A program made the position numbers and the translations under genes. The notes beneath the pieces were generated by a model. The model worked only from the letters and a program-made list of their open reading frames with translations, was not told the origin of the DNA and did no database searches. A stretch of 62,199 bases of DNA, filler included, from Globobulimina sp. (taxonomy: Eukaryota), in assembly GCA_003354225.1 (NCBI GenBank). It is 28 parts of 28 records of this genome, joined end to end, with 100 filler letters (N's around TTAATTAATTAA, not from the genome) between each part and the next. Parts side by side here need not be neighbours in the genome. Positions count along the whole stretch, not along the records: positions 48,960 to 51,083 come from PIVH01008812.1; positions 51,184 to 53,307 come from PIVH01008813.1; positions 53,408 to 55,530 come from PIVH01008814.1; positions 55,631 to 57,753 come from PIVH01008815.1; positions 57,854 to 59,976 come from PIVH01008816.1; positions 60,077 to 62,199 come from PIVH01008817.1; 22 more parts are not named here. One strand, given 5' to 3'. This document shows, one piece after another, positions 49,594 through 61,393 of the stretch; the stretch's first letter is position 1, and every line of letters begins with the position of its first letter.

Positions 49594-49724
49594 CAGTGGA
49601 GACGGTGTTTGTAATAAACTGGAAACAGTTTTGTTTGACTTTTAATTGTTTTCATAGGCCTAGGACGTATACATGATACGTTTTAATTATATATTTATAT
49701 AGACACACAGACAAAGAACAATCA

Positions 49725-50986
49725 TCACACAGATGCTTCGTACTGGTTATTTCTATTACGATCAGCATCGTCATCAAGATGGTCAAATTCTTGCTCCTCA
49801 TAATCATAATAGTCACTCTCTTTTTCCTCAGTAATATGAATAAGATCGGTAGGTATGTCAAGTTTGTCCGTTGCAATGGGTTTACCAAAGCTCACTGTAC
49901 TGAATGCGAGACTTGCCTGACTTGCTGCTTTTTTATGTCTACGCCCACCACCACCACCAATTTCATCCTGATCTCCAACAATATTTAGTTTAGCATTGGC
50001 TGCTGCATTGAAAGCATTATTCCATTCATGTCGCATTGGTGATGTCGCATACTTTGCTTTATAAACAGTTGCTTGTTGGGGCGCATTCGGGTCATTTTCA
50101 TCTGGCGATGATACGGATTGATTTGTTGTATATTGAAATAAACCTATTTCAGGTCGTATGCTTTCATTTGGTCCAGGATTCCTTCTTTGAAATATACTAA
50201 TTCTGCTGCTACCAGTCTTTGCCTTCATTATTGATGCGGGGATTATACTACTTTCCAAATGTCGATAACACCAAAAACAAGAAAAACAGCATAAACACAA
50301 CAATATAATCAATCCACTAAATACAATCCAATCATACAATCGATAATTGACAAAATCAAACGTTTTAAATCCAAACAGTCCTGATTGTGTAGTCTCATTT
50401 TCTGCAGTTTTGTTGCTAGTCAATCTCAATATAGATGCTGTTTGTTTATATATTCACATTTTATTGTTGTGTAACGAATGTATAACATACTGCTATGACT
50501 GTTGCTTGACACATTTCCATGGTACCCAAATGAGAGCAGCCCACTGGCACTAAATGCCCATATTATATCCATATCAGTGGCAACGCCTGGAAATGTATAA
50601 TAATTTTCGGAAAAGCCAGTTCTGTTTCGTTTGATTGTTATGCTTCTCTCATTATTTACGGTTTCATCATTTTCAATATTTATAGTTGATACTAATTTGG
50701 AGCCTGCATTATGTGATCCCAATATGTGTTCTGTTGCAGTGTTTGTTCCGTCTGTCTCGCTGATTACTATCGAATATGTGTTTGTCATTGTTTTATTCCC
50801 AAAACCAATACCAAACCATCTGTCACTGGGAATGTTTGTCATTGTTATATCTACAATATCAGTGTTAGTGTTAATGTTGAGTGTAATGACAATATCTTCT
50901 GTGCTCACTGAGTCGGTTGCTGTGTATGTTGCAGCATTTGATGTTAATGCTGCCAGATAAAAACATAGTGCTAATGACGAAAGCAT
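49725..50986 (-). CDS. Signal peptide + DOMON domain + single TM protein; intron 50438-50490
   Basis: WFGIGFG...M....SIV, EH.LG and IIWAF...GYHG give the heme-type Met/His pattern. TM helix WIVFSGLIILLCLCC. Confidence 0.8.
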
Positions 50987-51183
50987 GGTGAGAAAAACGC
51001 TGGTTTTTTATAGTAGTTACACTGTCAATGCGAACACAATGCGTTCTTTGACCTTGGTGGTTTTGTGTGTATTATTAATAGATNNNNNNNNNNNNNNNNN
51101 NNNNNNNNNNNNNNNNNNNNNNNNNNNTTAATTAATTAANNNNNNNNNNNNNNNNNNNNNNNNNNNNNNNNNNNNNNNNNNNN

Positions 51184-51685
51184 TTTAATTACTTTGAAAG
51201 AAATAATGAATGGTATTGGAAAAGGTCATAATTTGAGGGATTTTGCTGAAAAAGGTGCAGTGATCAAAGTTAATTGTGACTGGAAATGTGAGTTAGATGA
51301 AGGTCGTTGTTACAACAAATATCGATATCGAAGGTTAGATGATGGCGATGGGTATAATTATTGGATAAAAATTAATGATAATGATTATGGAAAAAATAAA
51401 AAAGTTGAGAAACGATATGGAATTAAATTGGTATTTGCTACAAATGGTATTGCTGGGAAATTTGATTTGTTTCAGACATTTATTTCTTTTGGTGCTGCTT
51501 TAGCGTATGTTGCAGTGATCCGATTATTGACTGATATGGTTTTAATGTATTGTGTTCGGGAGAAAATTAAATATTATAACCAAAAATATGAACATTTATA
51601 TCAAAATGATGATGGTAAATGGACACTTGGTCATTCGTTAGAAACCACAGACCCTTTCCCTCCGGATCCAATGGCAGTGATATAA
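51184..51685 (+). CDS. P2X receptor family channel, C-terminal part
   Basis: GAVI.V..DW.C.LD...C..KY.YRRLD, GYN, K.YGIK.VF...G.AGKFD, a TM2 Asp, and the YxxxK motif YYNQKYE. Confidence 0.88.
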
Positions 51686-51840
51686 AATTAATATTGATTG
51701 TGTTTTGTTTGTTAATTATTTTTGTTTATTATGATACACTGAGTTGAACAAATATTTCCTTCGTAAGTTTAAATCCGATCACGTTTGATTTTTAATAATT
51801 AATTTGGACGCACAAAAACTTTATTTTTAGTGAACTAACC

Positions 51841-52676
51841 ATGTTGAAGGAAACGAAAAGCACAATGATACTCCGTAAATTTCGAACATTCCCAACTGTA
51901 TTGTTTGCATTTGCAATGACATTGACTGTAATGTATACGACGATGTTTGCCTATTTAATGGTATTGAATATATATACGATTTATATAATTTATTAAAAAA
52001 TATATGATATGTGTTAATGAATCAGGATTTCTCATCTTTACCAGATGAGCAAGTGCCAGTTTTGAGACACAAACATATTGAAACTAATTCAGAGAATGCA
52101 ACAGCAGAATTAGAGAATATTTTAGATTCTGTGGAAATTGGGCATCGCACTGAATTGTATAAAATATTAATTCAAGTGCCATGGTTTCGTATTGGAGTTG
52201 AAATAGGAACTTGGAAAGGCGAGTCAGCCATTGCTGTTTTACAGAATTGGAATGGCACTTATTTTATGATTGACCCTTATATGCATTTGGCAGATTGGCC
52301 CATGGGTTTCAACAAAGAAAATGATACTTTTCGACGGATCTTTGACAAAGTACAGAAAGACATAAATCAAACCAAATACGGCGACAAAGGCAAGTTTATT
52401 CGGAAAACATCGATTGAAGCACATAAATTATTTGAGGATGAATATTTTCATTACATTTTCATTGATGGAGACCATACATTGCAGGGCATTGTGGCAGATT
52501 TAGTTAATTGGTATCCAAAGATGACAGAGAATGGTTTAGTTTGCGGCCATGATTATGTGACAAAGGACAAGTTTCAGGTCAAAGCTGTGGTGGATGCTTT
52601 TGTGAGAGCCAAACAACTCAAACTTCATACTTATCGTGATAGGGTCTGGTGTTTTATAAAAAAGAATTACTTTTAA
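51841..52676 (+). CDS. Membrane-anchored class I SAM-dependent methyltransferase (Methyltransf_24-like); intron 51961-52025
   Basis: N-terminal TM exon, then motifs GVEIGTWKGES, IDPY, IFIDGDHT and GHDY. Confidence 0.85.
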
Positions 52677-53407
52677 GATTTACAATTATATTTCTATCCC
52701 ATCACACGGCAATAGACAAAGTGCATTTAAGTGAAATCACTAATTCAGTGTCATTTCATTCGTCTTAGCAACGATATGGCTCTTTTCGTAAAAACGTTAC
52801 CTTTTTGAATTGAACTCTGTTTGTTTGCTTCGATTTATAAATATATAATGTTTCTCTTGTACATTGACTTGTTTATCAATAACTAGCATCAATGTTCAGT
52901 CGCGGATCGTTATATCAGAAATTGTCGCTGCATCATACCAATCTGACAGGTAGCTTTATAGGCACCAATTCGCAATTAACATTTTCCAAAAAATGTCAAT
53001 ATTGATATTGCAAGACATCACGCTGAGGCACATATTGATCCTGTACTATCAAATAATAGGTTGTACAATTTAACTGTTTAAATTTTGTTGAATGATATTG
53101 AATTTGTAAATAAATACAATTGATGATATATATTTTATCTATATTGGTCATTGGTGGTGATAATATTGTCTAATTATTGTGGAGTGTGTTTACATAATAT
53201 GAGTGAAAAGGTTAAGAACAAACACACGAAAGAACAAACACATAGATGATTTTTTGTTTGATTCATACTACTATTATTTCCCGCCTTTATTTTTATTTTT
53301 GTTATTGNNNNNNNNNNNNNNNNNNNNNNNNNNNNNNNNNNNNNNNNNNNNTTAATTAATTAANNNNNNNNNNNNNNNNNNNNNNNNNNNNNNNNNNNNN
53401 NNNNNNN

Positions 53408-53808
53408 TGCACAAATAGGCGACGATGGCGGTGAGGGCGTCGGGACAAAAATAGGTGCGGAGGCATCTAAAAATTTACTCTCTTGGTTCTCTGTTATTGT
53501 CGCTATATTAAAATGTGTAAAGCAGTAAAAGCACGCACATATTAAAGCAGTAAAGCACGCACATATTATATACCTAAATGTTGGATATCGGCATTTTTAT
53601 TTGGATAACATGTGATTTGTTGTTCTGTCATGTTATTTGCCGTGTTGTCTAAGGATGAGTTGGGATAACTTGTACCCAATAAATATGTTAATAAGGCTTT
53701 TGCATTGAATGTAATGAGATGTCGGTTGTTCATCACGCCGGTTACAAATTCGTTTAATTCACGTTGTAATGATGGATCGTGATCCTTTTGCACAGAGTGT
53801 GGATACAT
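53408..53808 (-). CDS. Hypothetical protein with a PAM2-like motif; intron 53503-53573; 3' partial
   Basis: The spliced product contains SKFLDASAPIFVP. Confidence 0.5.
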
Positions 53809-53966
53809 TTCAATTGTAGTTGTTTCTATTAATGGTGGTTTAATTGGGTTTTTCTTTCGAGAGGTAAGGAATTAAAGTGTTAAAGAAAAGCACTTAAAAA
53901 GTTTAAATTTAAGTTACTTACTTACTTACTTTGACACATCTAACTCTACATTATATTACGATTAAA

Positions 53967-55530
53967 ATGGCAAGTAGAAGAAGGAAGCAACGAAAGAAGC
54001 ATTCACAAAGAAGCCCAAATCAAATAAAAGAACCATTAAAAGCACCGCAGGATATTATTGACTGCATTGTGAATGATAGCTCATTGAATATTAACGATAT
54101 CAACATCGGGTTGCAACAATCCAATATTAACGAAATAACAGAAATTGCATGGGATAAATTTGCCAGCAGTCAAGTTGCCAACGTAATATATTTAGATATA
54201 AAAGTCAAATCATTGCGAAATAACGAAGAAAGCAAAGTAATGTTATACGACACAAGAAGTTGTTTAGACAGAATAACAGGTTCTGGCATTACAAAACCAC
54301 AACAATTATGGATAGAAATCAGGAAAAAATATTTCGATAAAGATATTATAAAACACTCATTACACAAACAACAGAAACGAATTCCAAACCCAACAACAAA
54401 AATGACAGTCAATCAAAATATGGATTATAAACAAGAAAAGAAAATGAATAATATTGATTATACAACAAACACTGCAAATAACATCACCGTCTCAATTCAA
54501 ACTGAACTTAAAATGAATTTAATTAAATTATCTCGCGATCACTGTGCGACAATATCGTCGGAAACTGTGTCTATCGCAAAAAGAGGATATTACAAAATAT
54601 ACAAACCAAACACTGAGAAGATAACATATTCGCAAATTAATATTGGTTCACTACAATACAAATCACAAAATAATTCGATACTATATCACCATGACGAAAA
54701 CTACACATTCTGTGATTTTAATAATAAAAAAACAAAATATAATCTCTTCAAACATATCTACATTGAAATTATCAATGAAACCACTTTGAATGGATGTTAT
54801 CAGCTGTCAATGGATACAAATATATCAAATCCGGTGGCTCTCAATTTCGCATCAGCTAAAAATCCAGGTATGATATGATGCTCTCACAATTATTTACAAA
54901 TATATACACATGAACGTAGGTGGTGGCTTTTTAAAGGGAAGTAATGCTCAGGTATTATATCTGCATAATTTGGGAGAAACACCTTTGTAGAATTATTTTA
55001 TGAATAAAAGGAAGAGTCCTTGGTACGGAATAGTGGATTATATAGCACATTGATTAAATATGAGAAAGAGTTTTATGAATATCATAAATTTCATTGTAAA
55101 TCAATGTTATATTCACATTCTATGATTTATTCTCCAAATGTACCAATATTTAGAGATGATAATGGAAATTTATTAAGTAAATGTTATGTGAGTTCATTTA
55201 TAACGTCGCCAGCTGTAAATTGTAAACAATTTATAAAGCGTTGCCGTGGCAAAAATAATAAACATAAAGGCGATGCGGATGAGACTGTGTCAAATACAAT
55301 GAAATATAGAATTGATAAGATATTGGATATTGCTGTTAAGTATAACCACGACTCAGTGGTGCTTGGTGCTTTTGGATGTGGTGTGTTTGGGAACAATGCA
55401 AGTGTTATAGCTCATTTATTCGGATTGTTGTTGACAACAAAATATAAATTTAGGTTTAAAAGGATAAGGTTTTCAATTTTGAAAAGAAACGAAAAAGATA
55501 AAATATTTAATGAGTTTGTTCAAGGAATCA
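53967..55530 (+). CDS. TIGR02452/DUF2263 bacterial-type PARG (macrodomain); introns 54868-54919 and 54952-55010; 3' partial
   Basis: Spliced LNFASAKNPGGGFLKGSNAQEESL, plus IYSPNVPIFRD and LGAFGCGVFGN. Confidence 0.92.
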
Positions 55531-55681
55531 NNNNNNNNNNNNNNNNNNNNNNNNNNNNNNNNNNNNNNNNNNNNTTAATTAATTAANNNNNNNNNNNNNN
55601 NNNNNNNNNNNNNNNNNNNNNNNNNNNNNNCATTATGCTAACTGTTGCTAGTAAAAATGTGTTAGTAAAAAATAATAAATA

Positions 55682-57753
55682 TTAATCTTGATTTGCGCAT
55701 TTTGATAAAGATTGCGCTGTTGACACAGTCAATCTTTGCGAGACAGCACCTTGGAAATATTTCGGTTGTCCGCCACCAGCATAAATGAGAAAATCTCCTT
55801 TCTCGATGTTAACATCTGGCTGGAAATAAGTTGGTGATGTTTTGTTATAGACGGCAGAATGATATCGCGGCGTCAAAATCAAGTTAACATCTCGCGTTGC
55901 TCCAGGCGCCAAATCTTTAACTCTTTCAAAATCCGCCAATCTTATTCTTGGAACGGGCACTGAAGCACTCTCCGATTGATCCACATACAATTGCACCACT
56001 TCATCGCCTCTCACATTTCCTGTGTTTTGAACTGACACTGTCACGCCAATAACAGCACATCCATCCAATGCATTATTCGTGGCATTCGTTCTTAAATTGG
56101 AATAGCTAAACGTCGTATAACTTAGCCCAAAACCAAATGGATACAATACTTGACCTGTAAAAAAGCGATAAGTCATTCCCTTTCCCGCATATTCATTCAT
56201 TTCACCTGGCGGAGCTAAATCAGCTGTTGATTGATAAAATGTCACTGCAGCTCTACCCGCCGGGCTTTTATACCCTAAAATAACATCAGCGATGGCATAG
56301 CCACCCATTTGTCCCGGATACCAGGCATCCACCACAGCATCGCATTGATCCGCGGCATTGCCTAAAGCTACAGCACCGCCATGTAATAATACACAGATCA
56401 GTGGCACTGGCACAGCCGCGGCAGCATTGTGATTATAGACTGCAGCGACTAAATCATTTTGGTGTCCTGGTAACTCAATTATGGTCCTATCATGTCCTTC
56501 ATTCTCTTGTCCCCCTTCTAAGCCAAGCATAACAATGATAGCCGACAAGCCATTGCCTGTTCGCATATTTGTAATCAAACCAAGTGCCTGTTGGAAGCCA
56601 GAGATATCATCACATCCAACGTTGTTGCATCCATTTGCATTTTCAACTTTTGAATTTCTATTTTTATTCAAACATTGTCCACTTGTTCTGCCATCACTAT
56701 CTACTTTGCCATCAGCTGTCTCTTTGAAATAACACGTGTTTTGATATAATGTCCAATAATTACAATCCGTTTGTTCCAAACATAATGAGCAACATTCCTC
56801 CACTGAGCTCGCTCCAGTGCCTGGACTGCCGTTTTGATAAAAGTCTACATTTTCAAGCACTGTACAGTTTGCAATCACATTCTCTCGCAACCCGCTGCGC
56901 AAACCCTCTAAAATTGTTTTACATCCTTTATCTGGATAATTTGCATAATTTCCTGCTAATATGCCTGGATTAATGGCCTGTGGCCCAATCACAGCAATCC
57001 CTGCATGCATATACAAAATTAAATTTATAATTATATTTTTATAAATGTTAAAATATAATTATACATATTCACCTTTGACAGTGTTTGGATCTAAAGGCAA
57101 TGCATTATTCCTATTCTTATACAAACAAATTGAATCCGCAGCAACCTGTCTCGATAAATTTAGATGTTTATCACTCTCAACGTCTGCGGAAGTTATATTA
57201 TTATAAGCCACATCTAACGGCGGATCGAAGAAACCCAACATAAATTTGGTACGGTACAATCTACGAAAAGCTGTATTCACGTCATCCTCCGTCATTAAAC
57301 CCTGCTGAATAGCAGCTGGAATTTGGTGAATAGCGCCAGTTCCACCGCCTTCCTGATCACAACCTGCTTTTATAGCAAGCGCCACAGCCTCAGCCATAGT
57401 GGAGGTATAATGATGCGTGTTTAATATATTCGCCATAGCGTCGTAATCAGACACCACAAATCCTTCAAAGCCCCATTGTTGTCTTAACACAGTGTCCAAT
57501 ATATTTTTATCGCCGCAGGTCGGAATGCCATTGATGGAGTTATAAGAGCACATAATATGCTGCACTTGGGAGCGGACCACACATTCACGGAATACTGGCG
57601 CATAGGTTTCTGCCCAACTCACCGCGTCAATAATCGCATTGAAAACCACTCGGTTCGCGGGAATAGTTTCTAAGTCATAGGCAGCAAAATGTTTGCAACA
57701 AGCAGCTAATAAAATATATTTGTCATTTTGTCCACCACCAAATTGATAGCCCT
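55682..57753 (-). CDS. Glycoside hydrolase family 3 (beta-xylosidase/glucosidase type) with an inserted PAN/apple domain; intron 57001-57072; 5' partial
   Basis: Motifs CCKHFAAY, MCSYNSING, GFVVSDY, EGHDR, WYPGQ and YPFGFGLSYT, plus an Fn3-like tail GDEVVQLY. Confidence 0.95.
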
Positions 57754-58096
57754 NNNNNNNNNNNNNNNNNNNNNNNNNNNNNNNNNNNNNNNNNNNNTTA
57801 ATTAATTAANNNNNNNNNNNNNNNNNNNNNNNNNNNNNNNNNNNNNNNNNNNNTGTATGCTAATTTTTGTGTTGATGTATCAATTGGAATATTTACTTTT
57901 ATCGTTTTTCAATTTCTTTGAATTCCTCTAATGAGTTATGGGTAATATTGCAGGGTTTTGGGTTCAAGGAAAAAAGTCATGACAAAGCCTTTGTCATAAC
58001 CAACATTTGAAAACCCTGATTAAACCAACATGCATTTAATATTAAACCAACCAATGTTTACAATTTATGTAAATAAAAATATTTAATCAAACCATC

Positions 58097-59626
58097 TTAC
58101 AAAACAATACAATCATCTTTACCATTTTTTTTCTTCTTTCTTTTTCCTTTTCTATTTTGATATTGATTGGCATATTGATCATAATTATGTGTATAAACAT
58201 TATTATTATTCTTCTGATTATTGTATGGATTGTTATTGCTGTTATACGGATTATTGTATGGATTATTATATGGATCATGTGCATTGTTATATGGATTTGA
58301 AGATAGTACATCATTAGAACCTCCATTACCATTTCCATATACATTGCCATATTTAGGTTGCTCGGTAATTTGCTGTTTTTCCAATTGTTGCATTGCTTCT
58401 CTTTGTTCTCGTTCAAGTTTTTCCAATTCACCAGATTTTAAACCTAATTGTTGTTCCAATGCTATTCTTTGTGCAATTGCGTTATCCACGGCATCATCAC
58501 ATTTTTTATCCATTACCTTATCATTCTTATTATTGCTATCATTGTCATTATCTGTTAATTTCTTATTAGTTTCATCATATTGTTTCTGTAAATATGCGTC
58601 TTGATCAGCTATAGAAAATCCTTGCGCTTGCTGTTGTTGCTGCTGTTTTAGTGTGTTGTTATACGATTCAATCTGAGCTTGCTGGCTATCATTCTGTGAG
58701 ATAACATTAAATTTATTGCTTACGAATTGTTCGTCGCCAGACAACTGTGATAATGATTGCCATGTAATGCGTCCATCCGCATCAACAATGCCTTCATCTG
58801 TCACCAACTCCCATATACATCCTTGCCGTTTATAGATTGCTGAAAAATGATTATTACGGAAAAATATTGCTATCTCATTCTCATTCATTACTTCGTGCAT
58901 TCGAGTCAATCCATGTGCGGTTAATTGCTGTTGGTACTTTTTTATGTGTAATGTTAATCAAAGTACGCGTATTCGGACAATGTATGATTTTGAATGACAT
59001 ACATCAGTGAGAAATTGTCGGATCATATCCTTTTCTTGCTCAATTTCAGCAACTTGGACATCGTCGAGCTTTGAATCAGTTTCAGAAGTTAACAAATCAA
59101 CGATTTCATTGTACGACTTATCGTGCATAATAGTGTATAATTGCTTGTCTTGCGGATCAATACACCATCCATGGAGTAACCGTATATTATAATTATCAAA
59201 CATGGCGATGGCCGATGTATATTCAAAATTTATTACATCATCAAATTTAATATTTATATCAAGTCCTTCTTCTAATTTGGGGAACAATTGAACACAATCC
59301 TCAATATTCTGTATTGCGTTCGCCATTTGTGATTCATTGATGTTATCCTTGCTTCCCATATTTACTTCAAATAGTTTGGTTAAATGATCTTTTAAACATC
59401 GCGTTAAATCTTTGAATTTTATTGAAGATATGTTTTGATTTACACGAATGTCGTTGTTTAACAACAATGCATTGCATAATCCCAACAATGGACACGGACC
59501 ACCCACGTTTTGGAGGATACGATGTGTTTTTTTACCCTTTTTTCTGCATTCTATAATAACACATTACATAAAATACATAATAATATTACATACATTAAAG
59601 TGGATTAGTTGGATTTTATACTCCAT
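58097..59626 (-). CDS. MINDY-1/2 (FAM63) family deubiquitinase with a C-terminal CAAX; multi-exon
   Basis: Motifs QNVGGPCPLL, GLDINIKF, LLHGW..DPQD, FFRNNHFS and LVTDEG; the protein ends DCIVL*. Confidence 0.92.
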
Positions 59627-59718
59627 GATTAATGTTTTACGTATTTAAATACGTAAAAGCTCACAAAGGACGTAGCTTGTATGTAACGGATGGTCCAGAC
59701 TGTAAGAAAGTTTTTTTG

Positions 59719-59865
59719 CATATAAATGCATTTTTTGATGTAAATACTATGTAAATATCATATAAATGTATTTTTTGAGGTAAATGGCCTATGTTAAGCC
59801 AGAATTTTAGCCATTTACCATGACGGTAAGGGAATGTTGTTAAATTACGTAATTAAAATTTGACC
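59719..59865. repeat. Composite repeat region: direct repeat with 40-bp period, a 10-bp hairpin, and a copy of the 49.5-kb repeat
   Basis: catataaatgYattttttgaKgtaaat at 59719 and 59759; ggtaaatggc/gccatttacc at 59779-59819; 59831-59865 matches the reverse complement of 49558-49592 at 31/35. Confidence 0.7.
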
Positions 59866-60076
59866 CTAGGTCCTAGGTCCTACATTGTTGCAATTTGTTA
59901 CAATGTGAAAAATCTGCTTCAACTCCTTTACAATCCTTTAAGAAAAAAAGTTTGAAGTTGTTACAATTTGTTGCAANNNNNNNNNNNNNNNNNNNNNNNN
60001 NNNNNNNNNNNNNNNNNNNNTTAATTAATTAANNNNNNNNNNNNNNNNNNNNNNNNNNNNNNNNNNNNNNNNNNNN

Positions 60077-60469
60077 CAAGTCACGAGATGCATCGCTAAA
60101 ATTATTATTTAGATAATTTAATGATAACTTATAACTGTTGTTATTTAAACAAAGTATTTTATTAAATATAAAATTGATTAATTCATCCATTACATCGGAG
60201 AAATTCGGGGTTTTTCTTTCCATTTTATTTAATAATTTTAATGCATTAATCTCTGTTTGTTTATGGTGAGCTAATTTTTGTAATTCTTGTGATATCAATA
60301 ATGATGAGTCTGTGCACGCAGTATCTTGCTTCAATAGTTTTTTATTTTGAAGCACATTATCCAATGTTTCGATTAATGCTGTTTCAGATAAATGTGAATA
60401 ATCATAAATATCATCATCAGAAGTCAGGTCTTCACTGCTATCAACATCTTCAGACATTATGATCTTCAC
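60077..60469 (-). CDS. Hypothetical protein N-terminus; 3' partial
   Basis: ORF open to the contig edge with an acidic N-terminus; no family recognised. Confidence 0.5.
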
Positions 60470-60613
60470 ACAATAATAAGATAACAGGTTCTGTCAAATT
60501 AAAAGGTTTTCAGTGTTTAACTCAACTGCAACTTAATTCTGCTGAAAACGCTATAAATATAATCAGTATTTTATCACAAGTCAATAAAATCGTGCCTGGG
60601 AATTTGGATGTCA

Positions 60614-61252
60614 TTATTTTTGCGTAGGATGTTTTCGAGCAACATGTTTTGCTAAATATTGAGAATTTGTGCCACAATTCTTCTCACAATACGGACAGAT
60701 ATGTGCTTTAGGGCCGGATGGAATCGTTTTCATTGTAACAGTGTTTTTCTTAAATAACTCCAATTCAAGTTTCATTAATGATTTCCAAAATGATTTATTG
60801 GGCCTTATAATTCGTCTTTGTTTTTTACAGTGTTGGTATGCTTCCAATAATGACCATTTTTTATATTTCATCAAATATCCCAAAACCATTGAAATTGATC
60901 GACTTTTACCTTCCATGCAATGCACCAAACAAACTTTATTGTTTTTATCAACACATTCTGCAATAAATTGCATTCCATCCTCAATATATTTTGCTAGTTT
61001 CTCTGATACCATATCATCCATACAAATATGTTTATAATTGGATAGCTTCATTTCCTCAATCTCATCCTCTCCATGTTTGATTTCAATCGCACAGTTCAAT
61101 ATGCAGTCTATTTTATATTCCTCTAAAAAGCCATACGCAACAATGCCGCCAATATATAATCTTGGAATTACTAAGTCCATGCAATTAACTTCTTTTTTTT
61201 TCCTTTTCTTAGGCACAGCCTCTGTTTTATGTTCAACTGCTGGTTGCGCCAT
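60614..61252 (-). CDS. Dual-specificity phosphatase with a C-terminal C2H2 zinc finger
   Basis: LYIGG, DD loop, VHCMEGKSRS and RPN..F..L, followed by CPYC...LAKHVARKH. Confidence 0.9.
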   Translation of the reverse strand: MAQPAVEHKTEAVPKKRKKKEVNCMDLVIPRLYIGGIVAYGFLEEYKIDCILNCAIEIKHGEDEIEEMKLSNYKHICMDDMVSEKLAKYIEDGMQFIAECVDKNNKVCLVHCMEGKSRSISMVLGYLMKYKKWSLLEAYQHCKKQRRIIRPNKSFWKSLMKLELELFKKNTVTMKTIPSGPKAHICPYCEKNCGTNSQYLAKHVARKHPTQK

Positions 61253-61393
61253 GTCAGTGTACGCTGGCTGTAATGTGAAGTTTTGAAGTTTTGTAGTTTT
61301 GCTGAGTGGAAATACTATTATAACAAATTCATGCACGTTCCAATAATTAAACAAAAGTAAATTAATTACATCATTTATTAACATATTGAAGCA

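Noticed and set aside
52700-53307. Possible gene remnant downstream of the methyltransferase
   Set aside because: The frames I read contain frequent stops and no recognisable motif.
20265-55530. ART + PARG + PPR + P2X as a gene cluster
   Set aside because: They lie on separate contigs ordered only by length, so their proximity is meaningless.
2128-60076. Regularly spaced TTAATTAATTAA as a CRISPR-like or biological repeat, and ORFs ending in XXX or LIN
   Set aside because: It is a synthetic linker embedded in N runs, so ORF ends there are artefacts.
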